A stretch of 64,000 bases of DNA from a virus (taxonomy: Duplodnaviria; Heunggongvirae; Uroviricota; Caudoviricetes), in IMG/VR virus record IMGVR_UViG_2630968701_000002, one strand, 5' to 3'. This document shows positions 59,796 through 64,000 of the stretch, piece after piece (positions within the stretch are counted from its first letter, which is position 1; every line of letters begins with the position of its first letter). The position numbers were made by a program, and so were the translations under genes. The notes under the pieces are model-generated. The model saw only the letters and a program-made list of their open reading frames with translations. It was not told the DNA's origin and did no database searches.

Positions 59796-59879
59796 ATATT
59801 TTCCTTTCTTCGAATATAGTTTTCATCTTCAATATAAATATGAAAGAATTCAAACAAAATTATTTTCACATATAAGATT

Positions 59880-60353
59880 TCATGGCAGATAGCAGAATGA
59901 TTGTGGGGCTCTTTTAATCCCAAAATCGCTTAATTCTTTTGGAATATCGAATTTGATCACATTTTTCAATTGGTAAGCAACTGCAGTATCTCGCTTTCGA
60001 AAATACTGATCATAAAACTTTTTGTTTATTCCAGGATATTCTTTGGTCTTTTCCCAGATCACTTCTGGTGTATCCACAAGAACTTTTTCAACTTCTGCTT
60101 CTCCCACAATTTTCATGATTGGAGCTGTCTCATATATCAGTATTTTGCTAATTGGAATTCTGTTTGGCTGTTTTCGATATTCGAACTTTTTGGTTCCATT
60201 GAAAATCTTTTCTACATATTCCGGACGAATTGAAAACAATGCTGTTTTTGCATTGACTGATTCTCTTGCTGGTTCAACAATTGATTTGACTTCTTCGTTG
60301 GATAATTCTTTATTCAGCAAACTGGTATTTTTAATTTTTTCTTGCAAAATCAT
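59880..60353 (-). CDS. ASCH (PUA-like) domain protein
   Basis: FSIRPEYVEKIFNGTKKFEYRK...ILIYETAP pattern, typical of the ASCH beta-barrel. Confidence 0.4.
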   Translation of the reverse strand: MILQEKIKNTSLLNKELSNEEVKSIVEPARESVNAKTALFSIRPEYVEKIFNGTKKFEYRKQPNRIPISKILIYETAPIMKIVGEAEVEKVLVDTPEVIWEKTKEYPGINKKFYDQYFRKRDTAVAYQLKNVIKFDIPKELSDFGIKRAPQSFCYLP

Positions 60354-60658
60354 TTTATACTCTTCCCTTTCATTAGATTTTGTAATTCTTCTTTAGAACA
60401 TATATTATGAATATGATCACACTCAATTTTAATGATATTACCATCAGAATCTATTATTGAAAAAGAATTTTCTTCTTCGTTGATCTCAATTATGATACCA
60501 GATATCCAATGAGTTGGCTCCTCTCTATCTAATACAACTTTACAGTAATCTCCGATACGAAGATTGTATTCAAAATCAGAATCTGAATAATAGTCAATCA
60601 CTTTTTCAGGATTAAGGTCACCTGGGTTTGTCAGATATACATTAACTTCGCCAATCAT
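60350..60658 (-). CDS. hypothetical protein co-transcribed with the ASCH protein
   Basis: 102 aa. 4-nt overlap with the downstream start. Confidence 0.4.
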   Translation of the reverse strand: MIGEVNVYLTNPGDLNPEKVIDYYSDSDFEYNLRIGDYCKVVLDREEPTHWISGIIIEINEEENSFSIIDSDGNIIKIECDHIHNICSKEELQNLMKGKSIK

Positions 60659-60974
60659 CGCTTTCTCTTCCTTCCTTTCTCTTCCTTCAAATCTTTTATA
60701 TTTACATTTTTTAGATTTATTAAGGCATTGATCAATGATGCATTAACAATCTGGCATCCTTCTCTTTTCCGCTAACATGCATTTCGATAGTCTTTATCAC
60801 GTTATATGCAACATACAGAAAAAATATTATTCCGCAGATTGCACAAAATGTTGAGATTATGGGATGATACTGTATGACCTGCAGAAAACTTGCTTGGGGT
60901 GGTATTGGATGGAAAGGATGTGTTTCTTCATATCCTATTGGTTCATGAACTACCACTCCCATGCGGTACATAAT

Positions 60975-61100
60975 CCCTATGGAAGGGGTTTCCAGTAGTC
61001 GTGACAGTTACCCATCTCTGACGAAATATTTCGAAAAAAAAACACCTCGCTGTCCGTACCAACTGAGGCTGGCTCACGCAACCCCTATCTCTTTTACGAG
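60975..61100 (-). ncRNA. candidate TnpB-B omega/right-end RNA
   Basis: GC-rich structured segment directly downstream of the tnpB stop. Confidence 0.35.
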
Positions 61101-62443
61101 AATACTTGTATAACTTTGATATTCTGCAAGAAAGAAAAGTCCGTGATCTTTGAGAAAGTCTCTGGAAATTTCTTTCTTAAGATATTTCCTGCGCCGATCA
61201 GATCTGCATTGAATAGGTTCCCTTCCTTATTCTGATAGAGTCCACGTTTGACTCTTGTTCCGGAAAACTTTGCCTTTTCATCATCCACTCCATACGTTGG
61301 AATATGATCTCCTGCAGTCAGATCCGCTTTTGACGTATAGCTTTCTTCCTGACTGATCACTTCGATCCCGACACGCTCTGCCTTGTACTCGATCATCTTT
61401 CGCAGCTGATAGAATGGCATCTGGACAAAGGACTGTGTATTTTTTCCAAGCTCAATACTCTGTTTCCATTGCTCATTGACTCCGATCACGATCGTAGTGA
61501 TCCCGTGAGACATACATTCCTGAACGATCCTGGAACTGATCTTGTGCATCGCATCGTGGAAGAACAGATCTCTCTTCTGATGCAATCTTCGCATCTGTTT
61601 TGTGTTCAACAATCCCATTTTTGCTGCTTCTTTCGGGTCATGTCCTTTCATTGCGATCGACCGAAGCCTTGCAAGCTGTTTGTTGTACCACTGGTTCTTT
61701 TCTTTGAGCACACCGCCTTTGTACAGCCAGCAATCTCCCTTGCTGCTCACGATGGCTGCGATGTTCTCAACACCAAGATCAATGGCACAGACCCCGGATC
61801 CCTTCACTTTTTCTTCCGGATCTGGGCATTCAAACGTGCAGGCCAATAACAGATCTCCGTAATATGGTTTTACTTTGACTTCCTTTAATCGTCCTTCCGG
61901 TCGATACGGCAGATGGATCGTTTCGTTTGTAAGAGCGAACCGCAGGATATCTCCTTCTTTGATCTTGCAGCCCTGATTGGAAAAAGTGATCGTGGAGATC
62001 GAACGCTTCTTCTTATAGTGTGGCATTTTCGGTTTTCCCAGATACTTTTCCGGATGCTTCTTATATTTTCTCAAAGAAGCTAACCAGCTGCGAAAATCAT
62101 GGACCGCTGCTTTCTGACATTCTTCTGCCGTCTGGGATGGAAGCCCTGCAAAGAAATCAGGATTATCCATCACACGCATCATCCGTTCCAGAAACTTATA
62201 ACTCAGAACAGATTTCGGACGTTTCAGGTGTGGACACAGTTCTAATGTTTCTTCGATCTCACGCTGTACTTCCAGCTCATTCTCTGTCGGATGCTCTTTC
62301 TTCCGAGAAGTAAAGTTCTGTCGGATCCGGAACAATGTCGCATTATAGAGATTGTTTGATAAGTGCATATGATGATCCAGATATTCATATAATCCGGGAT
62401 CTTTCTTCTGTTTTAATACAGTTCTTAACACTCGATATATCAT
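61094..62443 (-). CDS. tnpB: TnpB-like RNA-guided nuclease lacking the zinc-finger cysteines
   Basis: RuvC-I CAIDLGVENIA. RuvC-III NADLIGAGNI. The position normally CxxC...CxxC reads SYTSKADLTAGDHIPTYG. 449 aa. Confidence 0.7.
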   Translation of the reverse strand: MIYRVLRTVLKQKKDPGLYEYLDHHMHLSNNLYNATLFRIRQNFTSRKKEHPTENELEVQREIEETLELCPHLKRPKSVLSYKFLERMMRVMDNPDFFAGLPSQTAEECQKAAVHDFRSWLASLRKYKKHPEKYLGKPKMPHYKKKRSISTITFSNQGCKIKEGDILRFALTNETIHLPYRPEGRLKEVKVKPYYGDLLLACTFECPDPEEKVKGSGVCAIDLGVENIAAIVSSKGDCWLYKGGVLKEKNQWYNKQLARLRSIAMKGHDPKEAAKMGLLNTKQMRRLHQKRDLFFHDAMHKISSRIVQECMSHGITTIVIGVNEQWKQSIELGKNTQSFVQMPFYQLRKMIEYKAERVGIEVISQEESYTSKADLTAGDHIPTYGVDDEKAKFSGTRVKRGLYQNKEGNLFNADLIGAGNILRKKFPETFSKITDFSFLQNIKVIQVFS

Positions 62444-62604
62444 TCCCCGTCATTCCTCCTTTCTTAAGTCTTACATCTTAAATATGATAGATTTTCTGAA
62501 AGATATTTTTCATATATAAGATTCTTACATTTCAAAGGAAGCTCGCATCCATCCCCGCCCAACTTTCATTGTGGACGGGGTATTCTGCTTAGATCAATAA
62601 AAAC

Positions 62605-63600
62605 TCAAATATTTTTCTTTTCTTCATCTTGTAAATCGCCCTCTTTTCTTATGCTTCTCAATTCCTTTCCTATGAAAAACAACAGAATCAAAATAAGAAT
62701 AATCGCCATTACAATTCCGCTTTTGTCCCATTGACCAATCCAAAGCCCTGTTACAACATATTGTAATATAATAATCAAAACGTTCTCATCTTCAGCTCCT
62801 GCAAACAATACTAATAGTGTAGAAAATAAAAATGAGACCATATAAACCAGAAAATATCCATTAGGATAACAGGGCTGTAATTTTGCAGAGAACAATAAGA
62901 ACCTGTCTTTTGTATTTGTAAGTTTTTCTTTTGGTGTTTGATAGAAAGCAAAATCTTTATATAAGCGATCATATTTTGTAGATTTTATGAGACTTTTTCC
63001 ACAAACTGATCCATTCCCAAGCTCATTGGAAAACTTAAAATCAGTAATTGATTTTTTATTTTTCAAACCATAAATTGCAAGATTGTTATATTTTTTTGCA
63101 ACATCATCTAAGGAGTATGTTAAAAATACTTTCTTATGACTCTTTTGAACCACAAGACTTTTCACTGTTTTTAATTCTTGATCCGAAAATTTTTTTGGCA
63201 TCAAAAAGATTTTGTTTCCAGTAAACATAGCTGTTAATTTTCCATGATTGGAACGATAACTGATTTGACATTTTGGTTTGTATACAAAAAAAATATCTGC
63301 ACCTTTAATGTATTTATTATAGCTCTTTTCATTCGTTTCAAATTTCATATGATTTTTATCATTATAATAGTATTTCAACTGTCCTATATCTTTTTTTATG
63401 ACAAAATATTTTATATTACACTCATATTTTTGATATGAATTTTGAACGACTTTTAATTGACCCTCTGTAATTTCTTTGCCATAAAAATTACGGTCCGTTT
63501 CTATCTTATTTTGTCTCAGATTGATACAGAACATCGTAATGATTGGAATCAAAGAAATGATAACTCCAGTATATACAATTATTTTCATTATCTTTTTCAT
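62605..63600 (-). CDS. membrane protein (N- and C-terminal TM helices)
   Basis: 331-aa ORF. Confidence 0.45.
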   Translation of the reverse strand: MKKIMKIIVYTGVIISLIPIITMFCINLRQNKIETDRNFYGKEITEGQLKVVQNSYQKYECNIKYFVIKKDIGQLKYYYNDKNHMKFETNEKSYNKYIKGADIFFVYKPKCQISYRSNHGKLTAMFTGNKIFLMPKKFSDQELKTVKSLVVQKSHKKVFLTYSLDDVAKKYNNLAIYGLKNKKSITDFKFSNELGNGSVCGKSLIKSTKYDRLYKDFAFYQTPKEKLTNTKDRFLLFSAKLQPCYPNGYFLVYMVSFLFSTLLVLFAGAEDENVLIIILQYVVTGLWIGQWDKSGIVMAIILILILLFFIGKELRSIRKEGDLQDEEKKNI

Positions 63601-63628
63601 AATTAGACTCCTTTTTTTACGTATACTC

Positions 63629-64000
63629 CTACATTGTAAGTATAAGGATGACTATAAAAAATATAATTTCAAAACTGCATAATGTAATTAAGTATCCATC
63701 TGAATGATATGTTTTGACAATGTAATTCAAAAATTTAAGTTTTAAATCCATTTTCGCATCAGTGTCTTTCACATAATCCTCGGCGTCTGGGTACAAAGAG
63801 TCGTATTTTCCAGCTTTTACAAAAGTTTTTCCATATACATAGGCATTGATATTTAAATTTTTATCAGAATAAGTATAACCCGAACATACTCTCTGCCCTT
63901 TGAAATCTTTTAATTCACATTCCTGATCATCATATTCAGGATCATATTTCAAGTTATCCTGATTTTCGTCATTGATAAAAACTTTATCTTGTGTTTCTTT
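63629..64000 (-). CDS. hypothetical protein, 3' part only (frame open to the window end; the listed start is TTG, not ATG)
   Basis: The frame stays open from 63952 to 64000 with no stop. AGGATAA lies only 4 nt before the TTG. Confidence 0.35.
   Translation of the reverse strand, partial: KETQDKVFINDENQDNLKYDPEYDDQECELKDFKGQRVCSGYTYSDKNLNINAYVYGKTFVKAGKYDSLYPDAEDYVKDTDAKMDLKLKFLNYIVKTYHSDGYLITLCSFEIIFFIVILILTM

Larger units (their letters stand above)
60975..62603 (-). mobile_element. IS200/IS605-type TnpB-only element (family B), boundaries approximate
   Basis: GC-rich right end with hairpins (ggaaggggtttcc, agtcgtgac). Internal cassette-like promoter at 62465-62515. Left-end hairpin region 62516-62600 has a second solo copy at 26196-26283. 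Confidence 0.5.

Noticed and set aside
60732-60971. 79-aa ORF with a hydrophobic segment immediately outside the TnpB-B right end.
   Set aside because: Its start lies 4 nt from the predicted IS end and there is no convincing RBS. It may be a promoter-less remnant, so it is not called a gene.
1100-62600. The cassette array might be an integron with attC sites.
   Set aside because: The repeats lack the R''/L''...L'/R' (GTTRRRY) attC core symmetry. No intI gene is present. Each cassette carries its own promoter and terminator, unlike promoterless integron cassettes.
1-64000. Alternative genetic code with TGA as a sense codon (because of the in-frame TGA at 4068-4070).
   Set aside because: TGA terminates several otherwise well-formed genes with correct downstream coupling (stops at 1146, 6231, 11685), and long ORFs are not systematically fragmented.
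1-64000. CRISPR arrays, tRNA, rRNA or tmRNA genes.
   Set aside because: No regularly spaced direct repeats and no tRNA-like cloverleaf candidates were seen. All GC-rich islands are explained by IS elements and their guide RNAs.

Overview
This is a low-GC, Firmicutes-like window. Nearly every gene lies on the minus strand, ribosome-binding sites are AGGAG-type, and the standard genetic code applies (TGA ends several well-formed genes). It is almost entirely accessory DNA: about 90 short, mostly acidic proteins with no recognisable function. Many of these fall into paralogous families arranged in tandem. Nearly every gene or short operon is flanked by the same ~90-bp intergenic cassette, repeated at least 40 times. 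The cassette consists of an intrinsic-terminator hairpin, two conserved boxes at fixed spacing, a conserved AATGACGA leader motif, an AGGAG RBS, and the ATG. Five IS200/IS605-type OMEGA elements are embedded in this array, each with a GC-rich candidate omega-RNA region. They comprise two distinct IscB elements, two copies of one TnpB element (one frameshifted), and a third TnpB family lacking zinc-finger cysteines. There is also one IS110-family element with a GC-rich 5' leader that may encode a bridge RNA. The IS elements are markedly more GC-rich than their surroundings. Recognisable housekeeping and accessory genes are LexA, SSB, sortase B, a secreted EndA/NucA-like nuclease, an HNH endonuclease, an alpha/beta hydrolase, an SPFH/band-7 protein, two AAA ATPases, a radical-SAM protein, a YpsA/SLOG-like protein, an ASCH-domain protein and a HicB-like protein. 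The LexA gene sits in an operon whose promoter carries a Cheo-type SOS box. No rRNA, tRNA or CRISPR array was seen. The most unusual feature is the cassette-modular architecture itself, in which dozens of individually terminated and promoted ORFan genes share one near-identical regulatory module. The same module is carried inside the TnpB elements as their promoter. Plausible contexts are a large phage or a conjugative-element cargo/leading-type region, but the sequence alone does not settle this.
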